From Mobula hypostoma (taxonomy: Eukaryota), in the NCBI RefSeq assembly GCF_963921235.1, contig NC_086097.1:5146001-5210000 (forward strand): DNA of 64,000 nt. The letters are read 5' to 3'. Under the pieces are notes generated by a model. That model was not told the DNA's origin. It worked only from the letters and a program-made list of their open reading frames with translations, and did no database searches. The number at the start of each line of letters is the position of its first letter. Within the stretch, counting starts at the first letter, position 1. This document shows, in pieces, positions 1-12,487 of this stretch. A program made the position numbers and the translations under genes.

Positions 1-188
1 AGGACCCCAGTCTCCTCAGGAAATAGGCATAGGTTTAAAGATTTAATAGGATTTAATAGGAGCTTGAAGGGCAGCTTTTTTTCCTGGGGAGTTGTCAGTA
101 TATATAGTGATTTGCCAAAGTAAGTGGCTGAGGTATGTACAGTAACAACTCTTAAACGACATTTTTTATTTAGAGATACAGCACAGAG

Positions 189-3150
189 ATGGAAACATAC
201 AACTGGCACCTCCTCGGGCTCTGTGAAGCCAGATGGAAGAACGCTGGAGAAGTGCATACTGAGGAAGGACATTTACTCTATTGTAGCAGAGAAGAGAACA
301 GACATGAAAATGGCGTAGGGTTCCTAGTCAACAAATCCATCAAGAACACTGTTCTAGGATGCCAACCAGTGTCAATCAGGCTCATGACCATTCGCCTGTG
401 AGTGAAGCCATTCAACATCACGGTGGCACGAGCCTACGCCCCAACAATAGACTACAACGATGAACACATTGCAGAATTCTATAAGAAACTACAAGATGTC
501 ATTGACAAGGTGGACAAAAAAGATATTTCAATCATTCAGGGTGACTGGAATGCCAAGGTGGGCGCAAGATGAGTTGGGGAAATCTCATCGGCCCCTCATG
601 CAATGACACCTCCAATGAGAGGGGACTACGCCTGCTGGAATTTGCCATTTGTAACAACATGGTGCTGACGAACACACTTGGAGAGAACAAAGAATCCCAA
701 AGATGGACCAGGCATGCCCCCAGTGGTCAACATCACCAGATCGACTACATCCTGGGGCAAAGATGGCACAAATCTGGTGTGAACAGACCGAAGACCAGAA
801 CATTCCCAGGTGCAGACGTGGGCAGTGACCATGACCTTGTCATGATGAACATCAGAGTGCGCTTGAGGAGAATCAACAAGCCAAAAAACAGTCGGCTGAG
901 ATTCAACCTTGAAAAACTGAAAGACCGCGCCATCTCTGAAGAATTTCAGGCAGCAGCTGGGGGGAAGTTTGCACCAATACTCCTCCTTGATGAAGACCTG
1001 GAGACCACCACAAATAACTTTAACACAGTGATGACAGAAACAACAAGCAAGATTCTGGGGAAAAGCCACCGCAAGTCGAAACCATGGGTCACTAACAAGA
1101 TACTGGATATGTGTGACACAAGAAGGAAATTAAAGAAAGATAAAAACACAGCAGAGGGAAGAACAGAATACAGGAAAATCAACAAGGAAATCAGCAGGTA
1201 AATGAAGGAAGCAAAGCAAAGATGGATAGCTGAACAATAGACATAGAAGACATAGAATAGTACAGCACAGTACAGGCCCTTCTGCCCACAATATTTTGCC
1301 GACCCTTAAACCCTACCTCCCATATAACCCCCCACCTTAAATTCCTCCATATACCTCCATATACAATGTGAAGACATTGAAGACAGCCTCTCCAACAACA
1401 ACACAAAGAAGGCATTCCAACTGGTGAAGGATCTTACCAAAGAAAAACAAGCCAAAGTGAACATCATCTAAGACAAAAATGTCAAAAGTCTCCTGGAAGA
1501 AATGGAAAGTTGGACAGAGTACTGTTCAGAACTGTACAACTACCAGAGCAAAGGGGATATAAGCGTGCTGAATGTGCAGGAGTCTTCCAATGAGGAAGAC
1601 TATCCAATCATGCATGAAGAAGTTGAAGCTGCAATACGATCACTCAAGTGAGGGAAGTCAGCAGGAATTGACAACACCCCTGCTGAACTGCTGAAGCAAG
1701 GAGGAGAGGCCACGATAGACATGCTTACCACCATCTGCAATGACATCTGGCAGACAGGTGAATGGCCGACACCTTGGACTCAGTCGCTGATCACTGTGCT
1801 TCCCAAGAAAGGCAATCTCCAACTTTGCCAGAATTACTGTACCATCAGTTTGATCAGCCATGTAAGCAAGGTAATGCTCAGAATCACCTTGAACAGACTG
1901 AGACCTCTGGCAGAAGACATCATTGCCGAGGAACAAGTAGGGTTCTGTAAGGGCAGAAGCACCACTGAGAAGATTTTCAACCTCTGCACCCTCTGTGAGA
2001 AACACCTTCAGCACCAGAGAGAGTTCTACCACATCTTCATAGACTTCAAGAAGGCGTTTGACAGAGTCTGGCATGATGCCTTATGGGCCACCATGAAGAA
2101 ATTCAACATGGGGCAGAAGCTGATTCATACAATCCATCAGCTTTACGCCAAGACAACCAGTGCAGTGCTCGCTCAGGGCATCATCGGGGAGTGGTTCCAT
2201 ACCACTGTAAGAGTTCGTCAGGGCTGCCTCCTCTCTCCCACTCTCTTCAAAGTCTTCCTGGAATGAATCATGAGTGTTGCCTTCGAAGATCATGTGGGCA
2301 CAGTCAGCATCGGAGGGAGGAACATCTCAAACCTAAGATTTGCTGACGACATTGATGGACTTGCAGGAAAAGAGGACTAATTGGCCAACCTGGTCAGCCA
2401 TCTTGATGGAGCCTCCACAAAGTTTGGAGTGGAAATAAGTGCCGAGAAAACCAAGCTCATAGCAAATGCCAACAGAGCCATCACATCTCAGTCCATGGTC
2501 AGAAACTTGAGACAGTGCAGCAGTTTAAATACCTGGGGGCAATCATCAGTGATGAAGGATCAAGACCAGAAATCCTGGCAAGAACCGCACAGACAATGAC
2601 TGCACTATCCAAACTCAAGACAATATGGAGGGACAGCAACATCACCATGAAGTACAAGATCAGACTCCTGTGTGCATTGATATTCTCCATCTTCCTGTAC
2701 ACATGTGAGACATGGACCCTCACAGCAGAGCTACAGAGGAAGATACAGGCATTGGGAATGAGATGCTATCGCAACATCCCGGGCATCCATACTTGGACCA
2801 CATCACTAACGAGCAGGTCCGCAAGACCATCCAGCACCACATTGGCCCCCATGAAGACCTTCTCACAACGGTAAAGAAAAGAAAGCTGAGATGGTCTGGC
2901 CACGTAACAAGATCCAGTGGCCTTGCAAACACCGTTCTACAACGAACTGTGGAGGGGAAAAGAAGGAGAGGTAGACAGAGGGAAAGATGGATGGACAACA
3001 TTAAAGAATGGACAGGGAAAACATTTGCGGTGACCCAGGCTCTGACACACAACCGCAACAGATGGAACAGACTGGTGCAAAGCTTGTCATGACTGCATCC
3101 CGATGACTCCACCAGGAGTTAAGGGCGCAAGGCAAGGCAAGGCAAGGCAA
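189..3150 (+). mobile_element. RTE-clade LINE, near-complete ORF (APE endonuclease + RT), disrupted by stops and frameshifts
   Basis: APE motifs LGLCEARW, GVGFLV, QIDYIL, GSDH (ORFs 189, 569). RT motifs FIDFKKAFDRV, QGCLLSP, LRFADD (~2333-2350). RTE C-terminus KLRWSGHV..VEGKRRRGRQRERW. 3' tail (GCAAG)n at 3127-3150. Confidence 0.93.
1239..1362 (-). mobile_element. Short CR1 3'-end insertion inside the RTE
   Basis: Matches the 3' end of the CR1 at 47082-47205 and the piece at 62449-62555. Flanked by ACAAT (1234-1238, 1363-1367). Removing it restores the RTE reading WIAEQCEDIED. Confidence 0.85.
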
Positions 3151-3307
3151 TTGCTGGAGTCCTACTGGAATTCATTCTTTTAGTAATATTTGAGATGAAT
3201 TTGCCACATTAAATGGACCAACATGACACTCAGTGGGTAAGTAACCAGCTGGAATGAGACTAAATCAAAGATTCAAAATACTATTATTGAAGTATGTATA
3301 CAGAATA

Positions 3308-4150
3308 CATGTTCACTATCCCTTATCTGAAATCCTTGGGGTCAGTTACATTTCGGAATGCAGAATCTTTCAGATCTCAGAACCCCCCCCCCCCCGCCGC
3401 CCCGCCGATACCAAAAAGCACGTATGCTCAAGTCCCTTATTTAACCTGTCTCAGTGTAGTGGAATTTAGGACCCGTTGGCGCACCAAACCTACGCACATC
3501 CTCCCGTATACTTTAAATCATCTCTAGATTACTTAAAATACCTAATACAATGTAAATGCTATGTAAATAGCTGTTAACTGTATTGTTTAGGGAATAAAGA
3601 CAAGAAAAATGTTTATTTCCAACAAAAACATTCAATAAAACATCAAAATATACAGCTTCAAACGAACCGAATCAAACACATGGTAAATGACTTATTGGAA
3701 TACGGTAAATCTAGAACGTCACTGTCACTATAAAACTTCAGTAACTTGTCTGTTTATTTAAATCATATACAGTGGTAGTTCCGACACTATTTTCTTCGGT
3801 AAGACGCCGCACAGACACACCACGATCAAGCTTCTGCAATAACTCCACTTTCTGCGTTATTGATGACAGATGCTTCCTTCTCTTTTTCTCATTGTTACCA
3901 ATAGGAGAATCTGCAGCTCTTTTTGACATTTTCACAGTGAAATTAAACACAAAGTCAACAGTGAACCCAAAATATCAGGGAACAGCAAATGCACGTGTAA
4001 CCAGTAGGAGCGCTGAGCCACAACCGACGTCTGGCGGCCTCTGCTAGTGCCACCACGTCACATCTGAGTGACGTCAGCTGTTGGCGAGAAAAACTTTGGT
4101 TTTTGGAGCTTTTTGGATTTCAGAATTTCGGATAAAAGAATGTGCACCTG
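3308..4150 (-). mobile_element. Internally deleted Tigger/pogo DNA transposon (Tigger4/Zombi-like)
   Basis: TA on both sides (3306-7, 4151-2). Imperfect TIRs catgttcactatcccttatctgaaat / atttcggataaaagaatgtgcacctg. ORF 3738-3950 encodes a CENP-B-type HTH (KHLSSITQKVELLQKLDRGVSVRRLTEE..VGTTTVYDL). Confidence 0.85.
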
Positions 4151-4354
4151 TACAAGCCTAAGCTTCATCCTCCCACAGGCAGCCATGAAACGAAGAAACA
4201 CCATGGACCCCATTCATTTTGTATGCGTTGTCAGAAAAGGATAGTTAAAAAAGATCAGTCTGATGTTTGGATCTCAAGAACTAGGTGTAATGGTGGTTCA
4301 AAATAAGTGTTTCATGGAGTTAGATTTTCCACATACACAGACCTAATTGTATTC

Positions 4355-5236
4355 AATTTCAATAGTTTTCGGATGACTCTGCCATAGTTGGATGCATCAG
4401 CAAGGGAGATGAGGCTGAGTACAGGGCTACGGTAGGCAACTTTGTCACATGGTGTGAGCAGAATTATCTGCAGCTTAATGTGAAAAAGACTAAGGAGCTG
4501 GCGGTAGACCTGAGGAGAGCTAAGGTATCAGTGACCCCTGTTTCCATCCAGGGGGTCAGTGTGGACATGGTGGAGGATTACAATTACCTGGGGATATGAA
4601 TTGACAATAAACTGGACTGGTCAAAGAACACTGAGGCTGCCTACAAGAAGGGTCAGAGCTGTCTCTGTTTACTGAGGAGACTGAGGTCCTTTAACATCTG
4701 CCGGACAATGCTGAGGATGTTCTACGAGTCTGTGGTGGCCAGTGCTATCATGTTTGCTGTTGTGTGCTGGGGCAGCAGGCTGAGGGTGGCAGACACCAAC
4801 AGAATCAACAAACTCATTCGTAAGGCCAGTGATGTTGTGGGGATGGAACTGGACTCTCTCACGGTGGTGTCTGAAAAGAGGATGCTGTCTAAGTTGCATG
4901 CCATCTTGGTCAATATCTCCCATCCACTACATAATGTACTGGGTGGGCACAGGAGTACATTCAGCCAGAGACTCATTCCACCGAGATGCAACACAGAGCG
5001 TCATAGGAAGTCATTCCTGCCTGTGGCCATCAAACTTTACAACTCCTCCCTTGGAGGGTCAGACACCCTGAGCCAATAGGCTGGTCCTGGATTTATTTCA
5101 TAATTTCCTGGCATAATTTACATATTACTATTTAACTATTTATGGTTCTAATACTATTTATTATTTATGGTGCAACTGTAATGAAAACCAATTTCCCCCA
5201 GGATCAATAAAGTATGACTATGACTATGACTATGAC
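4355..5236 (+). mobile_element. Rex1/Babar LINE, 5'-truncated
   Basis: FSDDSAIVGCI..WCEQNYLQLNVKKTKEL and C-terminus FYESVVASAIMFAVVCWG..HPLH..SFLPVAIKLYN. AATAAA followed by a (ATGACT)n tail. Confidence 0.88.
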
Positions 5237-5358
5237 TAGTATGAAGTATGACTGTGCATGAAGTAGCACAGATTAATAATTGTTCTTTGTTGCTTTCTGC
5301 TGATCCTGCCCTCTTTATACCGGCAGTACATTGATGGAAACTGTGAGCGGTTTCAAAC

Positions 5359-5412
5359 TGTAGTGTATTTAATATTTCAGTAATATTTGAGTAATATTGT
5401 AAATATATTGTT
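5359..5412 (+). mobile_element. 5' half of a Gypsy LTR (family A), split by later insertions
   Basis: tgtagtgtatttaatatttcagtaatatttgagtaatattgtaaatata matches the start of the LTR copies at 46188, 49427 and ~61130. Confidence 0.7.
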
Positions 5413-7470
5413 CAATATAGGTTTGTGGATCTTGGGTAGGAGGAAGAAACTGGAGGTGTGGGCTGAGGGAACTTGAGGTTGGTGGCAGTGGATGGGCGAT
5501 CTCCAGTTAATAAGGTTGGTGATCGTGTGGGAGACAATGGCCTGGTGATCCTTAGTGGGATCCTGTTCAAGGGGTAAGTAAGAGGAGGTGTCTGAGAGTT
5601 GTCGCTGGGCCTCAGCAAGGCAGAAGTTAATCCACCAGACTACTACAGCACCCCCATTATCTGTGAGTTTGATGATGAGGTTAGGATTACTGCAGAGAGA
5701 GTGGAGAGCAGTGCATTCAGAAGGAGTGAGGTTGGAATTGGAGAGAGGAGTGGTGAAATTGAGATGGTTGATATATTTTCAGCAGTTAGCAATAGGCCTC
5801 AAAGTGCTCTGTTTCTTTCTAGACTCCAGACTGAACCAGTCCCCCTCTACCACCACTTTCCTCTGTCTGGCAGAACTTGTCCTCACTCTCAATAAATTCT
5901 CCTTCAGCTCCTCCCACTTCCCTCAAACAAAAGGTGTAGCCATGGATACTCGCATGGGTCCTAGCTATGCCTGCCCTTTAGTTAGCAATGTGGAACAGTC
6001 CATGTTCCAAGCCAATACTGGTGTCACTCCTCAACTCTTCCTACACTACATCAACGACTGCACTGGTACTGCTTCCTGTACCCATGCAGAACTCGTCGAC
6101 TTCATCAACTTTGCCTCCAACTGCCACCCAGTTTCAAATTTACCTGGTCCATTTCTGAAACTTCCCTCTCCGTTCTCGATCTCTTGGTCCCTATCTCTGG
6201 AGGCAGCTTTTCTACTGATGTCTTTCATAAACCCTCTGACTCCCACAGCTCCCTGGACTGTACCCCTTCCCATGCTGTTACTTGTAAAAATGCCATCACT
6301 TTCTCTCAATTCCTCCATCTCCGCTGCATCTGCTCTCAGGATGATATTTTTTATTCCAGAACAAGGAGATGTTCTCCTTCTTCCAAGAAAGGGGCTTCCA
6401 TTCTTCCACCATCAACACTGCCCTCAACCACATCTCTTCCATTTCATGTATGTCTGCCCTTGCCCCATCCTCCCACCACCCCACCAGGGATAAGGTTCTT
6501 TTTGTCCTCACCTAACACCCCATCAGCCTCCACATTCTGCACATAATCATCTGTAACTTCCATCGTCTCCAACAGGATCCCACCACCAAGCATATCTTTT
6601 CCTAACCCCACTTTCTGCTTTCCATAAGGATTGCTCCCAGTGTGACTCCTTTGTCCCTTCGTCCCTCCCCACTGATCTCCCTCCAGGCACTTATCCTTGT
6701 AAGCAGAACAAGTGCTTCACCTGCACCAACATCTCCTCCATCACTACCATTCAGGGCCCCGGACAGTCCTTCCAGGTGAGGTAACACTTCACCTGTTAAC
6801 CTGTTGGGGTCATCGACTGTATTCGGTGCTCCCGGTTTGGTCTCCTGTATATCAATGATCTTGACCAAGATTGAAAGACTGCTTCACCGTCCGCTTATGC
6901 TCGGTCGACCAGAAAATGTGGGATCTCTCAGTGGTCCCTTATTTTAATTCTATTTCCCATTCTCATTCCCATCATGGCCTCCTCTGCTGTCGCAATGAGG
7001 CCACACTCATTTTGGAGGTGCAGCAGCTTATATTCTGTCTAGGTAGCCTCCAACCTGATGGCATGAACATCGATTTCTTGAACTTCTGGTAACATCCTCC
7101 CACCCCACCTTCACCATTCCCCATTCCCATTTCCCTCTCTCACCTTATCTCCTTGCCTTCCTATTGCCTCCCTCTGGTGCTCCTCCCCCTTCTCTTTCTT
7201 CTGTGGCCTTCTGTCCTCTCCTGTCAGATTCCCACTTATCCAGTCCTGTATGTCTTTCACCAAACAACTTCCCAGCTCTTTATTTCAACCCCCTCCTGGT
7301 TTCACCTACTTTCTTGTCTTTCATCTTCCCCACCCCCACCTTCTTACTCTGACTGCTCATCTTTTTCACCTCCAGTCCCGATGAAGGGTCTTGTCCTGAA
7401 ATGTCGACTGCATTCTTTTCCACAGATGCTGCCTGACCTGTTGAGTTCCTCTAGCATTTTGTGTGTGTTG
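5413..7470 (+). mobile_element. Penelope-like element with inverted 5' segment (RT + GIY-YIG remnant + hammerhead-bearing end)
   Basis: Minus-strand piece ~5413-5770 encodes FFLLPKIHKP. Plus-strand piece encodes LAELVLTLNKFSF, KGVAM.TRMGPSYA, FLHYINDC, GIY-YIG-like VIDCIRC and terminal LGSLQPDGMNIDF. Confidence 0.85.
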
Positions 7471-7479
7471 CAAGGTAAA

Positions 7480-8975
7480 CTTTAGACTAGTTAGTCTGAC
7501 CTCAGTGGTTCAGAAGTTGTTGGAGTTGATTAGTAAGGAGAGGTCTCAGAGTGCTTGGAGGCACATGATAAAATAGGCTATAGTCAGCAAGATTTCCTCA
7601 AGGAAAAATATTGCCTGACAAATCTGTTGGAATTCTTTGTCTAAATAACAAGCAGGATAGCTAAGATTGTTGTTGTGCAACACACATAAAAGTTGCTGGT
7701 GAACGCAGCAGGCCAGGCAGCATCTCTAGGAAGAGGTACAGTCGATGGTTCAGGCTGAGACCCTTCCTCAGGTCCTGCCGAAGGGTCTCGGCCTGAAACG
7801 TCGACTGCACCTCTTCCTAGAGATGCTGCCTGGCCTGCTGCGTTCACCAGCAACTTTTATGTGTGTTGCTTGAATTTCCAGCATCTGCAGAATTCCTATT
7901 TTTGTTGTGCATTTGGATTTTCAGAAGGCCTTTGACAAGGTGACACACATGAGGCTGTTTAACAAGCTATGAGCCCATGGTATTACAGGAAAGATTCTAG
8001 CATGGATAAAGCAGTGGCTGATGGTAATGGCCAGTGGTATTCCACAGTGTTCTATGTCGGGACCGATACTTTTTACGTTATATATCAATGATCTGGATGA
8101 TGAAATTGATGGCTTTGTTGTATAGTTTGCAGATGATATGGAGGGGCAGGTAGTTTTCAGGAAATAAAGAGGCTACAGAAGGACAAACACAGATTAGGAG
8201 AATGGGCAAAGAAATTGCAGATGGAATACAGTGTCAGAACGTGTATGGTCATGCACTTCAGTAGAAGAAGTAGGTTGACTATTTTCCAAATGGAGAGAAA
8301 ATACAAAAAATTGAAGTGCAAAGAGACTTGGAATCCTTGTGCAAGATCCCCTAAAGGTTAATTTACAGATTGGGTCAGTGGTGAGGAAGACAAATGCAAT
8401 GTTAACATTCATTCCATGAGGGTTATGTAAAAGGCAAGGATGTGATGTTGAAACTTTATAAAGTACTGGTGAGGCCCCACTTGGAGTATTGTGAGCAGTT
8501 CTGGGCCCCTTATCTTTGAAAGATGTACTGAAGCTGGAGAGGGTTCAAAGGAGGTTAACGAAAATGATTCCTGGTTTGAATTGTCATATAAAGAGCTTTT
8601 GATGGCTCTGGGCCTGTATTCACTGGAATTCAGAAGCATGCAGAGTGACGTCATTGAAACCTATCAAATGCTGAAAGACCTTGATTTAGTGGATATAGAG
8701 AGTCCAAGACCAGAGCACTCAGCCTCAGAAAAGAGGGGTGTCCTTTTAGAATGGAGATGAGGAAGAATTTCTTTAGCCAGAGAGTGGAGAACCTGTGGAA
8801 TTTGTTGCCACAGGCAGCTGTGGAGGTCAAGTCGTTATGTATATTTAAGGCAGAGGCTGTTATATTCTTGATTGGTTGGGGCATGAAGGCAGGAGATTGA
8901 GGCTGAGAGGAAAATTGGATCAACCATGATGAAATGGTGAAGCAGACTTGATGGCCCAAATGGTCTAACTCCATT
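7480..8975 (+). mobile_element. CR1 LINE RT/3' fragment, decayed
   Basis: [22 protein letters not shown] motifs and a CR1 3' UTR. Confidence 0.85.
7680..7902. repeat. Fold-back (inverted repeat) PLE-end mini-element
   Basis: Arms ~7678-7772 and ~7773-7869 are reverse complements. TSD TGTTGTGCA at 7671-7679 and 7903-7911. Confidence 0.85.
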
Positions 8976-8984
8976 TTGAGATCT

Positions 8985-9582
8985 CATCAAAGTTGCTGGT
9001 GAACGCAGCAGGCCAGGCAGCATCTCTAGGAAGAGGTGCAGTCGATGTTTCAGGCCGAGACCCTTCGTCAGGACTAACTGAAGGAAGAGTGAGTAAGAGA
9101 TTTGAAAGTTGGAGGGGGAGGGGGAGATCCAAAATGATAGGAGAAGACAGGAGGGGGAGGGATGGAGCCAAGAGCTGGACAGGTGATTGGCAAAAGGGAT
9201 ACGAGAAGATCATGGGACAGGAGGTGTGGGAAGAAAGACAAGGTGGGGGGGAACCCAGAGGATGGGCAAGGGGTATATTCAGAGGGACAGAGGGAGAAAA
9301 AGGAGAGTGAGAGAAAGAATGTGTGTATAAAAATAAGTAACAGATGGGGTACGAGGGGGAGGTGGGGCATTAGCGGAAGTTAGAGAAGTCGATGTTCATG
9401 CCATCAGGTTGGAGGCTACCGAGATGGAATATAAGGTGTTGTTCCTTCAACCTGAGTGTGGCTTCATCTTTACAGTAGAGGAGGCCGTGGATAGACATGT
9501 CAGAATGGGAATGGGATGTGGAATTAAAATGTGTGGCCACTTGACGGAATATAAGGTGTTGTTCCTCCAACCTGAGTGTGGA
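8985..9582 (-). mobile_element. PLE 3' end / pseudo-LTR region
   Basis: Near-identical to 58980-59540 and 62795-63258. Encodes EEQHLIFHLGSLQPDGMNIDFSNFR*. A 35-bp partial duplication lies at 9547-9581. Confidence 0.85.
9039..9075 (-). ncRNA. Minimal type-I hammerhead ribozyme motif (PLE family 1)
   Basis: Minus strand reads AGUC-CUGACGA-AGG GUCUCGG CCU-GAAA-CA-UC-GACU: stem I AGUC/GACU, core CUGANGA and GAAA, stem II AGG/CCU. Confidence 0.65.
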
Positions 9583-9771
9583 TAAACCATTCTTTGTTGT
9601 TTACATAATTCATTGCAGTTATGTAGAAATATGTGAATGGCGTACATCATCACAATACACTACATGATACGTGCATGCCTCGCTTAAAGTACACACCAAG
9701 TTAGACTCTCATCTCTGACTCCGGTGTCTTCGTCTGAATTAGATTAATGTTTTGAAATTATGAAATATAAC
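9583..9771 (+). mobile_element. 3' half of Gypsy LTR family A
   Basis: cattctttgttgtttacataattcatt...tgaatggcgtacatcatcac...ttaatgttttgaaattatgaaatataac matches the remainder of the LTRs at 46188 and ~61130. Confidence 0.7.
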
Positions 9772-9779
9772 GACCAGGG

Positions 9780-11385
9780 CACAGAAATGACTGTCTTTGC
9801 TATTGCAAAGGAGAAGGTGCTTGGCAAGCTACATGGTCTGAAGGTAGACAAGCACATGAACTAGATAGACTACACTCCAGGGTTGTGACAGTGTGTTCTG
9901 ATTGTGGAGGCATTGGTAATGACCTGTCAACAATCAATAGATTCTGGCATGGTTTTCAGGGGACTGGAAAGTTGCAAGTATCACTCCTCTCTTTAAGAAG
10001 GGAGGGAGGCAGAAGAAAGAAAATTATAGGCTAGTTAGCCTGATATCAGTAGTTGGAAAGATATTGGAGTCTATAGTTAAGTTTGGGTTTCAGGATACTT
10101 GGAAGAATGCAACTAAATAGGCCAAAGCCTAAGAATGGTTTCCTTAAGGGGAAATCTTGCCTGAAAAATCTGTTTGGAATTCTTTGAGGAAAAAACAGGC
10201 AGGATAGACAAAGGAGAATCAATAGACCTTATGTATGTAGATTTTCAGAAGGCCTTTGACAAGATGCTGCATGTGAGGCTGCTTGGAAAGTTAAGAGCCC
10301 ATGGTATTCCAGGAAAGATACAAGCATGGATATATTAGTTGCTTATTGGCAGGAGGCAAAGAGTGGGAATAAACGGGGCTTTTTCTGGTTGGCTGTTGGT
10401 AAATAGTGCTGTGGTACAGGGGTTGGTGTAGAAACCTCTTCTATTCACTTTGCATGTTAATGATTTGGATGAGGGAATTGATGGCTTTGGAGCCAAGCTT
10501 GCAGATGATAGAAAGATAAGTGGAAGGGCAGGTAGTGTTAAGGAAGCAGAGGGTCTGTAGAGGGCTTAGACAGATTAGGAGAGTGGGCAAACAATTGGCA
10601 GATGGAATACAGTATCAGGAAGTGGATGGTCATGCACTTTGGTAGAAGGAATAAAAGTATGGACCATTTTGTAAATGGGGAGAAAATTCAATAATCAGAG
10701 TTGCAGAGGCTTTATGCAGGATTCCCTAAAGGTTAACTTGCAGATTGATTTGCTGGTAAGGAAAGCGAATGCAATGTTAGCATTCATTTTGAGAGGTCTA
10801 GAATACAAAAACAAGGATGTAATAGTGAGGCTTTATAAGGTCAGACTGCACTGGTGAGCAGTTTTGGGCTCCTTATCTAAGAAAGGATGTGCTGGAATTG
10901 GAGAGGGTCCAGAGGAATTTTCACAAAAATGATTCCTGGAATATATGAGTTAATGTACTGTATTTGATGGCTCTGTGCCTATGTTCACTGGAGTTTAGAG
11001 AAATGAAAAGGGATGGTATTGAAACCAATCAAATATTGAAAGGCCTGGATAGAGTAGATGTTTCCTCCAGTGGGGAGTCTAGGATGAGAGGGCACAGCCT
11101 CAGAATGAGGGACATTCATTTAGAACGAAGATGAGCAAAAATTTCTTTAGCAAGAGATTGGTGGATCTGTGGAATTCATCGCCACAGGTGGCTGTGGAGG
11201 CCAAGTCATTCAGTACAGGTATATTTAAGTTTAATAAGTTCTTGACTAGTGAGGGAATAGGTTTCTGGGGAGAAGGCAGGAAAATGGGGTTGAGAGGGAT
11301 AATAAATCAGTCATGATGGAATGGCAGAGCAGACTTGATGGGCTGAATGGCCTAAATTTTCTCCTAGGTCTTACAGTCTTATGTT
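9780..11385 (+). mobile_element. CR1 LINE RT/3' fragment
   Basis: NYRLVSL, DFQKAFDK, RKANAMLAFI motifs and a CR1 3' UTR. Confidence 0.85.
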
Positions 11386-11444
11386 GTTAACTCTCCCTTT
11401 CCAGGAAGAATCTAAAGATAAAATCTCGAAGTGAAATTGAGCAC

Positions 11445-11715
11445 CACAGTTGTGTAATAGTCTGCATGATGCTATTACAGTCCGGGTGTTCAGAATTTTG
11501 GAGTTCAATTCAATGCCGGCTGGAAGGATTTTCTTCTGTGTGGGTTTCTCCTGAACTCTGGATTCCCGCCTCCACCCCGCTCCCGACAGGTCAAAGGCGC
11601 ACCAGTTAGTGGGCTAATTGGTTGCTGTAAATTGTCGTGTGTCGTTAACTAGGTGGGTTGCTGCGTGATGAGGCTGGATGCGCCAGAGGGGCCTGTCCAG
11701 CGCTTTATGTCTGAA
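11445..11715 (+). mobile_element. tRNA-derived SINE (HE1-like), decayed
   Basis: Resembles the copies at 18400-18690, 21870-22110 and 63830-63930 (ctattacag..ggagttcaatt..gtgggtttctcc..ttaattgg..tgtaaattgtc). Confidence 0.55.
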
Positions 11716-11999
11716 AAAATTTAAATCAATAACCTATCTATTGAAAATACTCCTGATCATTGCACAAATAATCAAAAATGCCCCTAAGCTCCTTTCAAGG
11801 CCTACCCACAATGGACGATTTCCAAAGGGAAACTCGTTGGCATAAATGAATGTAATAGATGGCAATTCCCCTGTAACTGGATTTGGAATTCACCTTTATC
11901 AGTTTGGTTCAGATCTGTAGGGAAGGCCTATGGTGTCAATGAATTGTGGTTGGAAACACAATTCATAAAGGCAAAGAGAGCAGAGCATTTGTAGGTCTC

Positions 12000-12355
12000 A
12001 TAAGTTTGATCGCTCATTATGTGCGTGTCGTATGACGTGGGCGATCATGATCTTTCCGTGACCATGATTGTTCTCGATAAATTTTTCTGCCGTAGTTTCC
12101 CATTGCCTGTGTCTTTTCAAGATAGGTGATCCCAGCCATTGCCAATACACTTCAGAGACTGTCTGCTTGGCTCAGTGGTTGCATAACCAGGACTTGTGAT
12201 ATGCAGCAGTGAACAACCACCTGCTCCCATGGCTTCACATGACCCTGATCAGGGGACAAGCAGGGCCTACACCTTGCCCAAGCGTGACCTGCAAGCTAGG
12301 GGACGCAAGGAGTGCAGTGCCTTATACCTCCTTTGGTAGAGACATATATCCACTC
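12000..12355 (-). mobile_element. RTE-related non-autonomous SINE-like element
   Basis: Homologous to 23582-23915 (-) and 43812-44040 (+); all share a BovB-like ggcaaaccacttctg-type motif. Confidence 0.6.
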
Positions 12356-12383
12356 TGTGAACCATGTCCCATAAGATCCAAAG

Positions 12384-12487
12384 AAATTAAAACAGCGGCA
12401 GGATTGTAGGTCCTGTAAGTACCAGTGAAATTAATGAAGCAGGACGATTGTAGGTCCCGTAGGTAACAGTGATATTAATGATCAGGA
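12384..12487. repeat. Short tandem repeat, ~43-bp unit, ~2.3 copies
   Basis: gattgtaggtcctgtaagtaccagtgaaattaatga / gattgtaggtcccgtaggtaacagtgatattaatga. Confidence 0.75.

Noticed and set aside
189..3150. Active RTE element
   Set aside because: Multiple in-frame stops, frameshifts and a nested CR1 fragment.
8993..9310. Recurrent MLVNAAGQAASLGRG ORFs as a gene family
   Set aside because: Antisense frames of the repeated PLE end (also at 7641, 58159, 58988, 62737).
12384..12487. CRISPR-like repeat
   Set aside because: Contiguous tandem units without unique spacers, eukaryotic context, no cas genes.
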